From NCBI GenBank assembly GCA_003650545.1, contig QMQO01000007.1, positions 1 through 41,573 on the forward strand: a stretch of 41,573 nt of DNA, written 5' to 3'. The DNA is from Candidatus Woesearchaeota archaeon. Lineage in GTDB: Archaea; Nanobdellota; Nanobdellia; Woesearchaeales; B72-G16. Position numbers and translations under genes: made by a program. The notes under the pieces were generated by a model. It saw nothing but the letters and a program-made list of their open reading frames with translations. It was not told the DNA's origin and made no database searches. This document shows positions 7,503-18,660 of the stretch, one piece after another (position 1 is the first letter of the stretch; each line of letters starts with the position of its first letter).

Positions 7503-10500
7503 ATGACCAAAAATGCTAAGCTAAAGGTTGCAGAAGCAATCCAAGATGATGTAAATAAAGGCATAGTCAGGATAGATAGTAAATTGATGACAGACATGGG
7601 GATTAGGCCAGGTGATATTGTTGAGATTAAAGGTGAAAGAAGTACTGTTGCTATTGCTGATAGAAGCTATCCTGGCGACATTGGTCTGAATATCATTAGG
7701 ATGGATGGTATAATTAGAAGAAATGCAAAAACAGCTATTGGCGAATATATTTTTATTAATAAAGCAGATGTTAAAGAAGCTAAAAAGGTTGTGATTGCGC
7801 CACAGCGCAAGGGCGTTATTGTTAGAGCTTCTCCTGGAATATTTAAGCAGGGTTTGCTTGGAAGGGCAGTTGTTAAAGGCGATATTGTTTCGTTAGGTGG
7901 AACCTATCGCAGAAGGAATACTCTTAGTAGCTCACCTTTCTTTGATGATATCTTTAATGTACTTGAAGAAAATACGTTGAGATTTGGTTTTGGTGATCTT
8001 AAGTTTGTTGTAGCTGATACAAAGCCTGGGCAGGCTGTTATAATAACTGACTTAACTGAGGTTGTTTTTAACCCTGAAGCAATAGAAATTAAAGACGAAA
8101 AGATTTTAGAAGTAACGTATGAAGACATTGGTGGCCTTGATTCAGAGATCACAAAAATTAGAGAGATGGTTGAGCTGCCACTTAAACACCCTGAGATTTT
8201 TGAACGCCTAGGGATAGAGCCACCCAAAGGAGTTCTATTACATGGTGCGCCAGGTACAGGTAAAACTCTTCTGGCAAAAGCAGTTGCAAACGAAACCAAT
8301 AGTAATTTTCTTCTGATTAATGGTCCTGAAATTATGTGTGTTAGCGGGGATACACCTATCTTTACTAATCCGAACGGCTATATAAAAGCCGAGAAGATTT
8401 TTGAAGAAAATGGAAAAGAAGAGACTGTTAAAAATTATATTGTGAAGAAGCTAGATAAACCAATTTCCACATACGCATTTGAAAATGGTAAAATTAAAAA
8501 AGCACACATAACTCATGTTACAAAACTTAAATCAGATGCCTATGAAGTAAAATTGAGCGATGGTAATGATATACTTGTTTCTGAAAATCAGCCATTTTTA
8601 GTTTATAGAAACTCTGAATTAGTATGGGAACCTATAAAGAATATAAAAAAAGGTGATTTTGTTGCAAGATTAAATAAACTTAAATTACCTGAAAAAAGTT
8701 ATTCTATTCCTGTTAACGAACTCAAAAAGAAACTGAATCTTATAAAGAGAGGTTCAAAGTATGCAATAGAAAGCAGAAATATATCCAGAAGTAACTTTAT
8801 AAAGCTACCAAATAAAACTTCACCTGAACTATTGGAGATTATAGGCTTAGTTGTTTCCGACGGTAGTATAAGCAAAAAAGGCGATTCAATTGGTTTTTAT
8901 AATCAAAATGTAGATTTAATAGACAGATTCAGAACATTGATGCAGAAAGTATTCGGAATTGAAAATTTCAAAGAAAAAAATAAAGGAAAAAATCTAGGAA
9001 TTATCATATATTCTAAACTGTTGATAGAGTACTTTAAACTACTACAGTTCTCAGCAGAAAATAAAATAAAAATTCCTGCTTATTTCTTTAATCTGCCAGT
9101 TAATGAGATCAAATCATTTATCAGAGGCTATTTTGATGGCGATGGTGCTGTTGCAAAATTAAAAGTTAAAGATATAGAATATCCAACACCAATACTCTAC
9201 TCCAGAAATAAAGCGTTTCTATCTCAGTTACAGTCGTTGATGCTACTAAAGATGGGGATCAGCTCTAAACTTGGCGAGCATAAAACTCTTAAGGGGACGA
9301 GGTATAAGCTTGTTGTTAGAGGATATGATGGAAGACTAAAATTTTTGGGGGTTAAACCAATTAGCGAAGATAAGAAAAGAAGATTAAACGAAATAAATAA
9401 AGTAATTAGAACAAAAGAGCATGAAAATGTTCCACACCCATCAGTTCTTATACAGAGAATCAAGGAATTACCGTATAAAACATACCGAAATAAAGACTGG
9501 TATATTTATAAAACAGGGAACGCGACAAAATATTCTTTAAAATTATTATATGATTTAGCTCTGAAGAACGGCCTTATCACAAAAAATATACAAAAAGAGT
9601 TTGATATCCTGATGAGGGATGATATAGGCTGGGAAAAAGTAACACAGATAAACAAAAAAAGAGAGATGGATTTGTATGATTTCACAGTTGACCAAGATAG
9701 TTTTGTAGGCGGACCATATTTCTTGATGCATAATTCTAAGTTTTATGGCGAATCAGAAGCTAATCTAAGAAAAAAATTTGAAGAAGCCGAAAAAAATGCA
9801 CCAAGTATAATTTTTATTGACGAAATTGATGCTATCGCATCCAAAAGAGAAGAAAGTAGAGGAGAGGTTGAGAGAAGGGTTGTAGCACAGCTATTGGCGA
9901 TGATGGATGGTCTAAAATCACGAGGTAAAGTAGTTGTAATTGCTGCAACAAATATCCCTAATTCATTGGATCCTGCATTGAGGCGTCCTGGCAGATTTGA
10001 TCGCGAAATAGAAATCGGTGTGCCAGATGTTACAGGTAGATTAAATATCCTTAAGATTCACACTAGAAACATGCCACTTGCAAAAAATGTTAACCTAAAA
10101 GAACTAGCTAATATCACACATGGTTTTGTCGGGGCTGATCTAAGTGCATTGGCAAAAGAAGCTGCAATGATTGTTCTAAGAAGGGTATTGCCTGATCTAA
10201 AACTTAAAGAAGAAGACCCTATACCTGAAGAAGTTTTGAAAAAATTAATGATTACGCAGAAAGATTTTAAAGAGGCTCTGAAGGTTGTGAGGCCATCTGC
10301 CTTGAGAGAGATTCTTGTAGAAGCACCAAACGTCACATGGGATGATATCGGTGGAATGGAATCTGCAAAACAAGAACTTATTGAAGCGGTTGAATGGCCA
10401 TTAAAGCACCCTGATGCATTTAAACGTTTGGGTGTTAAGCCACCAAAAGGTGTGCTTATCTATGGTGCACCTGGAACAGGTAAAACTATGTTGGCGAAAG

Positions 10501-11174
10501 CAATCGCACATGAGAGCGAAGCTAATTTTATCTTAGTTAAAGGACCTGAATTGCTTTCTAAGTGGGTTGGTGAGAGTGAGAAAGCTGTTCGAGAAGTTTT
10601 CAAGAAAGCTAGACAAACTTCGCCTACAATCATTTTCTTTGACGAGATTGATAGCATTGCAAGCAAACGAGGTCTAGGAGAAGATAGCAGGGTGACAGAG
10701 CGTGTTGTGAATCAATTATTGACTGAGATGGACGGTTTAGAGGATTTACACGACGTTGTTATAATTGCAGCAACAAATAGACCTGATATGATTGACACAG
10801 CATTATTAAGGCCTGGTAGATTCGACAGAATCATACTAGCAAGTATTCCAGATGAAAAAACTAGAAAGGATATCTTTAAGGTCCATACAAAAGAGATGCC
10901 TTTAAAAAATGTTGATCTAGATGATCTCGCAAAACAAACTAAAGGGTATGTTGGAGCAGATATTGAAAGTGTGTGTCGCGAAGCAGCAATCCTAGCTTTA
11001 AGGGAAGACATAACCTCAAAAGCAATAGAGATGAGACATTTCAATAAAGCACTGGAAAAGGTTGCTCCTTCAGTAACTGAAGATGTTGAGAGCGCATATG
11101 AGGATTTACAAAAAGTTTTCAGGGCAGCACGTGGAAAAGAAATGAAAATAGAGAAACCTATATATATGGGTTAA
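7503..11174 (+). CDS. cdc48: CDC48/VCP-family AAA+ ATPase containing an intein
   Basis: N-domain, two AAA modules (GAPGTGKT twice, FIDEID/FFDEID, RPGRFDR), C-terminal YMG. Intein between GPEIM and SKFYG. Confidence 0.96.
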   Translation: MTKNAKLKVAEAIQDDVNKGIVRIDSKLMTDMGIRPGDIVEIKGERSTVAIADRSYPGDIGLNIIRMDGIIRRNAKTAIGEYIFINKADVKEAKKVVIAPQRKGVIVRASPGIFKQGLLGRAVVKGDIVSLGGTYRRRNTLSSSPFFDDIFNVLEENTLRFGFGDLKFVVADTKPGQAVIITDLTEVVFNPEAIEIKDEKILEVTYEDIGGLDSEITKIREMVELPLKHPEIFERLGIEPPKGVLLHGAPGTGKTLLAKAVANETNSNFLLINGPEIMCVSGDTPIFTNPNGYIKAEKIFEENGKEETVKNYIVKKLDKPISTYAFENGKIKKAHITHVTKLKSDAYEVKLSDGNDILVSENQPFLVYRNSELVWEPIKNIKKGDFVARLNKLKLPEKSYSIPVNELKKKLNLIKRGSKYAIESRNISRSNFIKLPNKTSPELLEIIGLVVSDGSISKKGDSIGFYNQNVDLIDRFRTLMQKVFGIENFKEKNKGKNLGIIIYSKLLIEYFKLLQFSAENKIKIPAYFFNLPVNEIKSFIRGYFDGDGAVAKLKVKDIEYPTPILYSRNKAFLSQLQSLMLLKMGISSKLGEHKTLKGTRYKLVVRGYDGRLKFLGVKPISEDKKRRLNEINKVIRTKEHENVPHPSVLIQRIKELPYKTYRNKDWYIYKTGNATKYSLKLLYDLALKNGLITKNIQKEFDILMRDDIGWEKVTQINKKREMDLYDFTVDQDSFVGGPYFLMHNSKFYGESEANLRKKFEEAEKNAPSIIFIDEIDAIASKREESRGEVERRVVAQLLAMMDGLKSRGKVVVIAATNIPNSLDPALRRPGRFDREIEIGVPDVTGRLNILKIHTRNMPLAKNVNLKELANITHGFVGADLSALAKEAAMIVLRRVLPDLKLKEEDPIPEEVLKKLMITQKDFKEALKVVRPSALREILVEAPNVTWDDIGGMESAKQELIEAVEWPLKHPDAFKRLGVKPPKGVLIYGAPGTGKTMLAKAIAHESEANFILVKGPELLSKWVGESEKAVREVFKKARQTSPTIIFFDEIDSIASKRGLGEDSRVTERVVNQLLTEMDGLEDLHDVVIIAATNRPDMIDTALLRPGRFDRIILASIPDEKTRKDIFKVHTKEMPLKNVDLDDLAKQTKGYVGADIESVCREAAILALREDITSKAIEMRHFNKALEKVAPSVTEDVESAYEDLQKVFRAARGKEMKIEKPIYMG
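8337..9734 (+). mobile_element. Intein (466 aa) with LAGLIDADG homing endonuclease in the CDC48 D1 domain
   Basis: Starts CVSGDT, ends MHN before Ser +1. LAGLIDADG-like motifs [10 protein letters not shown] and [10 protein letters not shown]. Removal restores [15 protein letters not shown]. Confidence 0.93.
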
Positions 11175-11205
11175 TCTTTTTAATGCTCATAAAAGGGGTG
11201 GCAAA

Positions 11206-11988
11206 ATGAAAAAACGGCTATTTTTATTGATGGTTGTTGTTCTATTGTTATTTATGACAGGATGCGAAAAAACAAAGCTAATCGATAAGATCTCAGATGC
11301 TTCTGCAAACATTGATTCTTATACATTTGATATGGATGGTACTATTAATATGAAAGTCTCGCTTGAGGGAATAACTCAAACAGCAGTTACTAGGAATGTT
11401 GGATCTGGCGCAGTAGATGTTAATGCGAGACAGATGATGATAAAGAGCACGATTAGCTCAGATCAAGGCGTAATTGATTCTGAAGTTTATATAATTGGTG
11501 ATACATTATACAGTAAAGATCCTATACAAGGTTGGGTCAAGCAAGCGGTAAGTGCGGATGTGTGGAACCAGCAAGACCAGATCCAGAAACAAGTTGACCT
11601 TTTGAGGAATTCTAAAATTAAAAAATTAGGAGATGATACAGTGAATGGTATTCCTACTATTATGTTAGAAGTCATCCCAGATACAAAGAAGCTTGTTGGC
11701 TTAATACAGGGCGAGCAGTTGAATTTGCCTGCAGATGTTGATTGGAACAAGGTTTTTAAAAATATTTATATCAAACAATGGATCGATAAGGATACATATT
11801 ATCCTATAAAGAGTCAGACAACCGTTGGTTTACTGTTGAACAAGGATACTGTTGGTGGCACTGCACAGGATGTTGAAGTGGAAATGAATATAGACATTGT
11901 GATGACAATGGATAATTTTAACCGACCTGTTGAAATCACATTGCCTGACGAAGCTCTTGGAGCAGCTGAGGTTGCTGCTTTGATATGA
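11206..11988 (+). CDS. Lipoprotein, LolA/LppX-like beta fold (DUF6612-like)
   Basis: Lipobox MTG-C. WIDKDTYYP and FNRPVEITLP motifs typical of LolA-like lipoproteins. Confidence 0.7.
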   Translation: MKKRLFLLMVVVLLLFMTGCEKTKLIDKISDASANIDSYTFDMDGTINMKVSLEGITQTAVTRNVGSGAVDVNARQMMIKSTISSDQGVIDSEVYIIGDTLYSKDPIQGWVKQAVSADVWNQQDQIQKQVDLLRNSKIKKLGDDTVNGIPTIMLEVIPDTKKLVGLIQGEQLNLPADVDWNKVFKNIYIKQWIDKDTYYPIKSQTTVGLLLNKDTVGGTAQDVEVEMNIDIVMTMDNFNRPVEITLPDEALGAAEVAALI

Positions 11989-12009
11989 TTTTTTAATTAA
12001 GTGATATAC

Positions 12010-13299
12010 ATGCCTAAACCAGGGGATAGAGTAAAAATATCTACAATTGACGAAGTTCTAGAAGGGATTCTTATGCCAAATGAAGAGACAGATACCGTAG
12101 TTATCAAGCTAGATAATGGTTACAATGTTGGTATTGATAAAAAGAAAATAAAGAAGATAGATGTTATTGAAGAGTATAAGATGATTAAAGTGAAAGAAGA
12201 GAAGATTTTGAAGAAGAATCCTAAGCTACCAAACATTACAATATTGCACACAGGCGGAACTATTGCTAGTAAGGTAGATTATAAGACAGGGGGTGTTGTT
12301 GCTAGATTCTCGCCTGTTGAATTGGTTGCGATGTTTCCTGAACTGAAGAAAATAGCTAACATCGAATCGAAACTTATTGCTAATATGTGGTCTGATGACT
12401 TAAGAGTTGAGCACTTTGGAGTAATTGCCAAAGCAGTGAAAGAAGAGTATTCTAATGGTGCTGCAGGTGTTATTATTGGTATGGGCACTGATAACATTGC
12501 TGTTGGAGCTGCAGCATTAGCCTTTATTATAGAAAAATGCCCTATCCCTGTTCTGTTCGTAGGTGCACAGCGCAGCTCTGATCGCGGCAGTTCTGACGCT
12601 GGCACAAATCTGATTTGTGCTGCTAGTTTTATTGCGAAATCAGATTTTGCAGGTGTTGCACTTTGTATGCACGCATCTAGCGCGGATACTAAATGTGTTA
12701 TCCTGCCTGCATGTAAAACAAGGAAGTTGCATACTAGTAGGAGAGATGCATTTAAGCCAGTGAATGATACTGCTATTGCAGAAGTTGATTATAAGACAGG
12801 CAAGATCATGTTTATTAAAAAGGATTACCCAAAGAAAAAAGAGGATGAGATGATTATTAAGCCGAAGATGGAGACTAAGGTTGGTTTGATTAAGATAAGT
12901 ATTAACATGTATCCTGAGCAGTTTGAGCCTTACAAGAAGTTTAAAGGTGTTGTTATTGAAGGAACTGGTTTAGGGCATACACCAGGCGATGTTATTGATG
13001 ACATTACAAAGGTTCACGCTAAAATAAAGAAATTATTAAAAGATATAACAGAGAAGTCTGTTGTTGTGATGACATCTACCTGTTTGTTTGGCAGAGTTGG
13101 TATGAATGTTTATTCTAAAGGTAGAGACTTACAAGCGTTAGGTATTATTTCAGGAGAAGATATGCTACCTGAAACAGCTTTGGTTAAATTATCATGGTTG
13201 TTGGGTAATTATTCTGTAAAAGAGGCTAAAGAATTAATAGCAAAAAATCTTAGGGGTGAGATCTCAGATAGAACAGAAGTCAAAGAAAAGTTTATTTAG
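12010..13299 (+). CDS. gatD: Glu-tRNA(Gln) amidotransferase subunit D
   Basis: KLDNGYNVG, HTGGTIAS, GTD, QRSSDRGSSD and HTSRRDAF motifs. The usual HGTDT reads MGTDN here. Confidence 0.95.
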   Translation: MPKPGDRVKISTIDEVLEGILMPNEETDTVVIKLDNGYNVGIDKKKIKKIDVIEEYKMIKVKEEKILKKNPKLPNITILHTGGTIASKVDYKTGGVVARFSPVELVAMFPELKKIANIESKLIANMWSDDLRVEHFGVIAKAVKEEYSNGAAGVIIGMGTDNIAVGAAALAFIIEKCPIPVLFVGAQRSSDRGSSDAGTNLICAASFIAKSDFAGVALCMHASSADTKCVILPACKTRKLHTSRRDAFKPVNDTAIAEVDYKTGKIMFIKKDYPKKKEDEMIIKPKMETKVGLIKISINMYPEQFEPYKKFKGVVIEGTGLGHTPGDVIDDITKVHAKIKKLLKDITEKSVVVMTSTCLFGRVGMNVYSKGRDLQALGIISGEDMLPETALVKLSWLLGNYSVKEAKELIAKNLRGEISDRTEVKEKFI

Positions 13300-13762
13300 T
13301 AAATGTTTTATTATCGTCATTCTTCTCAACCATCTTTAAAACTTCCGGATTAATTATGTTGCCATCATTGTCAAATTTAATACCTTTCTCTTTAATAAAT
13401 TTATCAACATCTTCAGGTTTATCAAAGCGAACTATTGCTAATTCGCCTTCACCATGCTCCTCACACTCGTTCACATCATGACCACGACACATCATTGGTC
13501 TGTTCTCATGGATCTTACATTTCAAATCGGCGGTTAGGTTTTCACAAGGAGTCAAAAACTCTAGAACCCAGTCACCGTCGGTATCGTAATAGATGTTTAC
13601 ATTTTTATGCATCACAAACCACCTGAAATCGTCAAAATCGCGCTTGTTCTCTGGTTCGTCCATCTCGTAGCTTACATAGCGACAACAACGAGCACCACAT
13701 TTCCTACAAATTTCTAGAACCTCCTCAGGCGTCATCTCTTCCTGTGACTTCGTATTTCTCAT
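13292..13762 (-). CDS. YkgJ family CxxCxxCC cluster protein
   Basis: CRKCGARCC, CENL and CKIHENRPMMCR motifs. Confidence 0.88.
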   Translation of the reverse strand: MRNTKSQEEMTPEEVLEICRKCGARCCRYVSYEMDEPENKRDFDDFRWFVMHKNVNIYYDTDGDWVLEFLTPCENLTADLKCKIHENRPMMCRGHDVNECEEHGEGELAIVRFDKPEDVDKFIKEKGIKFDNDGNIINPEVLKMVEKNDDNKTFTK

Positions 13763-13827
13763 GGCTAAAGCAGAAATAGACCAATTTAAAAGTTTAACGG
13801 TTTTGGTTTTTTTCTATTTTTATTTTA

Positions 13828-14931
13828 TCAAATCTTTATCCTTATCTTTTTGGCTAACTGCCTTAGGACAATTAGTCTATCTTTTCTATCTAACTCAGAA
13901 TCTCGAATAACTTTCATCAGGAAATGTATGTTATTATCAATAAGTTTTTTATCTGCTGGATAAGGTACACCATCCTTTCCTCCATGAGCAAAACTATACT
14001 TAGCAGGATCGCACCAACTTGCTTTTGTTCCATATATGAGTTCTGCTATTAATGCCAAAGCGCGAATTGTTTTCGGACCTACTCCTCTTAATGAAAGTAG
14101 CTCCTCATAATTAGCAGGCTGAAATTCGTATGCTTGCTTTAATGTTATCTTATTTATTTTATCCATGTCTTTGATGTAATGATCTTTTTGCATGTTCAGA
14201 TGCCGTTTATCAGAAAAGAAGTCTGTTAATGATAACTGTTTGCTTTTAAAATATTTGTTTAAATGTACTGGGTTTTCTTTAATTAGATCTACACTAGCTT
14301 TTCTAGCTTCTCTGCTTTGTTTAGCAGTCATGTCTAATGCTAATATCTTTTTCTTATCAGAACAGATAGCTGTATGAGGTTCTTCTACAAAGCTTGTCAA
14401 GTTATCTGACAACCAATGGTAGCGGCGGGCGTATCTATCACTCTTTCCCTGCTGAATGACTGCCCATTTCCCCTTATCTGAAAGAATAAAACAATGATGG
14501 TATAACTGAAACTCGTCTTGAATTAACGAATTGTCGACTTTGGCAGATAACCTTGATGAATAAATTAACCTTTTAATTTTATTATCTGTTAAGTTGAGAT
14601 CTTCTCCATATTTTTCAATCTCAATGAGAGTTTTTCGAGATGCTTTACCTTTACCTCCTGCAACTTTTAACCCTAGATTAAGTGTGTTTAATGATTCCTT
14701 TATCGCGCCGCACAGTGTTGTTGTTGTACCGCTACTGTGCCAATCCATTCCGGTAGTGCAAACAAATGATTGAAAGAAAAATGGGTCAGAAAGTCTTTTG
14801 AGATACTCTTCAGTTCCATGCTCTTCTATTATGATTTTTGAAATAATCCCTGCGAGTTTCTTCATTCTCTTAAAGAGCCATAGCGGACATTTCCCTCCAT
14901 GAAGCGGGAGATTAGCTGTGCCTGTTTTCAT
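13828..14931 (-). CDS. DUF763 domain protein
   Basis: LPLHGG, DWHSSGTTT, LYHH, GVGPKTIRAL and FAHGGKDGVPYP motifs. Confidence 0.9.
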   Translation of the reverse strand: MKTGTANLPLHGGKCPLWLFKRMKKLAGIISKIIIEEHGTEEYLKRLSDPFFFQSFVCTTGMDWHSSGTTTTLCGAIKESLNTLNLGLKVAGGKGKASRKTLIEIEKYGEDLNLTDNKIKRLIYSSRLSAKVDNSLIQDEFQLYHHCFILSDKGKWAVIQQGKSDRYARRYHWLSDNLTSFVEEPHTAICSDKKKILALDMTAKQSREARKASVDLIKENPVHLNKYFKSKQLSLTDFFSDKRHLNMQKDHYIKDMDKINKITLKQAYEFQPANYEELLSLRGVGPKTIRALALIAELIYGTKASWCDPAKYSFAHGGKDGVPYPADKKLIDNNIHFLMKVIRDSELDRKDRLIVLRQLAKKIRIKI

Positions 14932-15025
14932 TCACTTTTCGACTAAGTTTTTATTTATAAATTCTGTGTATAATTGTCCAGTGTCTAGTGGAAAGCTTAA
15001 TATAATTAATAGATATTTTTAATGT

Positions 15026-15265
15026 GTGAAAACAATAAAAGAGCTAATAAATAAGATTATGTACGATAAACGTGAGAATCCTAAGGATTATACATTGCTC
15101 TATTTTGACAGAGTAACCAGAAGGAAAGTTGAGTTGAAATTTATAGACATTGATAGGATTGAAAATGGATTTATGATCGTTATTAAAGACAAAGGAGAAA
15201 TTAACATTCCATTACATCGTGTTAGAGAAGTTAGAAAAAAATATAAAGTCGTGTGGAAACGGTAA
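15026..15265 (+). CDS. DUF504 / MJ1316-like small protein
   Basis: IKELINKI N-terminus and IPLHRVREV...VVWKR C-terminus. Confidence 0.8.
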   Translation: MKTIKELINKIMYDKRENPKDYTLLYFDRVTRRKVELKFIDIDRIENGFMIVIKDKGEINIPLHRVREVRKKYKVVWKR

Positions 15266-15282
15266 TAATAACGGTAATAAGC

Positions 15283-16353
15283 ATGGCGAACATTATATAC
15301 TCTGTGAACTCTGAAGGCATGGGGCATGCTATAAGGAGCAAGGTTGTGATAGATTATCTTTCAAAAAAACACAACTTGTTTATTGTCTCTGGCGATGGTA
15401 GGGCAAAAGATTACCTCGCCAAGCACTTTAAGACGGTTTATGCTATACCTTATATAAGCCTTAGTTATAAGGACAATGAACTAAAGATAAGACGGTCTGT
15501 TGCACAAAACCTTAAAAAGATAACTGAACTAAAAAGAGTGAGCTCTAAAGGGTTCAGAAAGGCAATGGCTGAAATCAAGGAGTTTAATCCTGACTTAGTG
15601 ATATCTGATGCAGAGCCATTCATGAACTTTTATGCTATTTTTAAAAAAATACCTATTATCGAGATTAATAATATAAGTATTATAGAAAGATGTAAACTAG
15701 ATATTCCTAAACACAATAAGCTGAATTATTTGATTGCAAAAGAAGCCATAAAAAAGGCAACATTCGGTGCCAGATGTTATATAATTCCAACATTTTTCTA
15801 TCCCAAGCAAGTTAAGAAAAATACGTATCTTGTTCCACCAGTCCTTAGAAAAGATATATTAAACCTTAAGCCCACTGGTAAGGATAATATTCTTGTATAC
15901 CAAACATCTGACAATCATTCTAGACTTGTCTCTACTTTGAAAAAAATAAATCAAAAGTTTATTGTATATGGTTTTAACAAGGCAGGTAAATCTAAAAATG
16001 TTGTGTTTAGAAAGTTTAATGAAGGACAATTTTTCAGAGATTTTGCAGACTGTAAGGCTGTAATAACAAATGGCGGATTCACATTAATTACAGAAGCAAT
16101 ATACCTTAAAAAACCTATTTTATCAATACCTGTGAAGAAACAATTTGAACAGATAACAAATGCTCATTATCTTGAAAAACTTGGCTATGGTGAATATCAT
16201 AAAGATGTTAACCTTAAAAGAATAGAGAAATTTCTATATAATTGTGATGTATATGCACAGACACTTAAGAGATATGAGCAGAAGGATAATAAAATTCTGT
16301 TCAACAGGCTTGATAAAGTTATAATGAAGTTATCAAAAAGTTCTAGATTTTAG
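15283..16353 (+). CDS. MJ1255-like GT-B glycosyltransferase
   Basis: EGMGHAIRS, ISDAEP, NGGFTLITEA and FEQITNA motifs. Confidence 0.88.
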   Translation: MANIIYSVNSEGMGHAIRSKVVIDYLSKKHNLFIVSGDGRAKDYLAKHFKTVYAIPYISLSYKDNELKIRRSVAQNLKKITELKRVSSKGFRKAMAEIKEFNPDLVISDAEPFMNFYAIFKKIPIIEINNISIIERCKLDIPKHNKLNYLIAKEAIKKATFGARCYIIPTFFYPKQVKKNTYLVPPVLRKDILNLKPTGKDNILVYQTSDNHSRLVSTLKKINQKFIVYGFNKAGKSKNVVFRKFNEGQFFRDFADCKAVITNGGFTLITEAIYLKKPILSIPVKKQFEQITNAHYLEKLGYGEYHKDVNLKRIEKFLYNCDVYAQTLKRYEQKDNKILFNRLDKVIMKLSKSSRF

Positions 16354-16505
16354 AAAATAAAAAAAATAAATTAAAAAGTAACAATCTTCCTGCAAATCTT
16401 AGTAACCCTTGCATTAAAGACTCTAATGACATTGTCAGATATAATGGTCTTGGACAATGCCAATTTTGCGTCAAATATATATATTAAAAGAAATAAAAGG
16501 CACAT

Positions 16506-17930
16506 ATGGCTGTAGATTATGAAGAACTAGGTTTTAAAGCAGGTTTAGAAATCCATCAACAACTTGAAGGTAAGAAGTTGTTCTGCAATTGTCCAACCAA
16601 AATAATAGACGATAAAAAAGAAAAACCGGATCTTGTTGTGGAGAGGCAATTAAGAGCAGTGGCAGGAGAGACTGGCGAGATAGATGTTGCTGCTGTTGCT
16701 GAGGCTAAAAAAAGCAAAATATTCAAATACTGGGTTTACAAGGAAGCTTGCTGTGAGATTGAACTTGATGACGAACCGCCACATGGACCTAACATGCAAG
16801 CGTTGACAGTTGCATTACAGGTTGCTAAACTATTAAATTGTAAAATAGTCGATGAAGTAATCTTCATGAGGAAGACTGTTATCGATGGTTCTAATACATC
16901 TGGCTTTCAAAGGACTGCGCTCATCGGTTATAATGGTTGGATTGATACGTCTAAAGGCAAGGTTAGGATTGATGGTATCTTCCTTGAAGAAGAAGCTGCT
17001 AAGATTGTAAAAAGGACAAAAGAATATGATATTTATAATTTATCACGTTTAGGAATTCCACTTATTGAAATCGCAACTGCTGCAGATATAAAAGATCCTG
17101 AACACGCTAAAGAAGTAGCACATAAGATTGGCTTGGTTCTAAGATCGGTTTCAGGGATTAAAAGAGGCTTAGGAACGATAAGACAGGATGTTAATCTGTC
17201 TATTAAAAATGGCGTTCGTACAGAAGTTAAAGGTTTCCAAGACTATAGAAACATCCCTAAGGTTATAGAGTATGAAGTGAAAAGACAACTGAAGGCTATA
17301 AAGCAAGGAAAGAAGCTAAAATCTGAGGTTAGGAAAGCAGAGCCTGATTTTACAACTAGTTTCTTAAGGCCTATGCCTGGCGGTGCTCGCATGTATCCAG
17401 AAACAGATATAAAACATGTCAAGCCTGAGGTTGGCAGGCTAGAAGTGCCAATGTTAATTGAAGATAAGATTAAGGATTTGCAAAAGCTAGGGTTGGGCAA
17501 GGATCTTGCTACTTATGCTATAAAACTTAATGTATACGACACTCTGAAAGATTTTGTTGACCGTTACAAAAATGTAAAGCCGACGTTTATTGCTTCATCT
17601 ATGCTTGAAATGCCCAAAGCTCTTGGAAAAAAGTTAAGCAGGAAAATAAATGTCAGTATGAAGCAATTTGATGCTATCTTTGGCGCATTGGATAAAGGCA
17701 AGATTAGCAAGGATGCTGTTGAGAGCATTATCATTGATATTTCTAATGATCTGTTTGACCTCTCTAAGTATGAGTTAATGTCAGATGCTACGTTAAAGAA
17801 AGAGTTAGAGAAGATAGTTAAAGCGAATAAAGGCAAGCCGTTTAATGTTGTGATTGGTATTGCTATGGGTAAGTTAAAGGGTAAAGCAGATGGTAAAAAG
17901 ATAGCTGAGATGTTAAAAGGGATGGTTTAA
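16506..17930 (+). CDS. gatE: Glu-tRNA(Gln) amidotransferase subunit E, short form
   Basis: GLEIHQQL, DGSNTSGFQRT, RLGIPLIEI, GTIRQDVN and RPMPGGARMYPETD motifs. 474 aa. Confidence 0.93.
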   Translation: MAVDYEELGFKAGLEIHQQLEGKKLFCNCPTKIIDDKKEKPDLVVERQLRAVAGETGEIDVAAVAEAKKSKIFKYWVYKEACCEIELDDEPPHGPNMQALTVALQVAKLLNCKIVDEVIFMRKTVIDGSNTSGFQRTALIGYNGWIDTSKGKVRIDGIFLEEEAAKIVKRTKEYDIYNLSRLGIPLIEIATAADIKDPEHAKEVAHKIGLVLRSVSGIKRGLGTIRQDVNLSIKNGVRTEVKGFQDYRNIPKVIEYEVKRQLKAIKQGKKLKSEVRKAEPDFTTSFLRPMPGGARMYPETDIKHVKPEVGRLEVPMLIEDKIKDLQKLGLGKDLATYAIKLNVYDTLKDFVDRYKNVKPTFIASSMLEMPKALGKKLSRKINVSMKQFDAIFGALDKGKISKDAVESIIIDISNDLFDLSKYELMSDATLKKELEKIVKANKGKPFNVVIGIAMGKLKGKADGKKIAEMLKGMV

Positions 17931-17931
17931 G

Positions 17932-18060
17932 GATAATGGTGATAAAGTAGCGATCACTGTATGGAGTGAAACCCCTCTATCTACGCTGATTAGGAGCAAA
18001 GAGGTGGCCAGAAGCCATAGAAGTTATTTTGATCTGCTGTGGGGGATTGCTAAGAAATGA
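17932..18060 (+). pseudogene. 3' remnant of a TrmB-like regulator
   Basis: Startless frame GDKVAITVWSETPLSTLIRSKEVARSHRSYFDLLWGIAKK* aligns by eye with the C-terminus of 19966..20694. Stop overlaps the next ATG (ATGA). Confidence 0.7.
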
Positions 18061-18644
18061 TTCCTAAAAAAATAAAACAAAAGGTTGCAGAAGGAGAAAC
18101 TCATTGGTTAAAAAGAAGATCATTTGCTCAAAAAGCTGCCAAGATAATTAAAAAACATTTTGGAAAATTAGTAGGACTAAAATTATTAGATGCGGGTTGT
18201 GCAGAAGGAAGAGAGGTTTTAGAATTAACAAAAGTGGGCATCAATGCAGAGGGTATTGATTACAATAAAGACCTCATTCTAAAAGGCAAAAAATATTTTC
18301 CAGGAATTAAAATCAAATACGGGAATGTTGAAAAACTACCGTACAAAAACAAAACATTCGATGTTGTGTTGTGTATCTCTACTTTATTCTATACTAATCC
18401 TGAGAAAAGTCTTCCTGAAATAGAAAGGGTATTAAAGAAAGGCGGTATTGGTATCATAACATTAGACACTAAAATTATTGATCTAGAAAAAAACAAAAAA
18501 ATACATAAAATGGATGTACCAAAAGCATTGAAATTATTAACTAATTCAGAGATAATAAGCAAGGAATATAAACAAAGGGTTGATAGAACACCATTTAGAC
18601 ATAAACATTGTTATTATGAGATTGTTTTTAGAAAAATAAAATAA
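18057..18644 (+). CDS. Class I SAM-dependent methyltransferase
   Basis: LLDAGCAEG, GID, LPYKNKTFDVV and RVLKKGG motifs. Confidence 0.9.
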   Translation: MIPKKIKQKVAEGETHWLKRRSFAQKAAKIIKKHFGKLVGLKLLDAGCAEGREVLELTKVGINAEGIDYNKDLILKGKKYFPGIKIKYGNVEKLPYKNKTFDVVLCISTLFYTNPEKSLPEIERVLKKGGIGIITLDTKIIDLEKNKKIHKMDVPKALKLLTNSEIISKEYKQRVDRTPFRHKHCYYEIVFRKIK

Positions 18645-18660
18645 TAAAAATCAAAAAAAA

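Noticed and set aside
16370..16500. Short open frames between the glycosyltransferase and gatE
   Set aside because: No convincing start or ribosome-binding site and no recognisable similarity.
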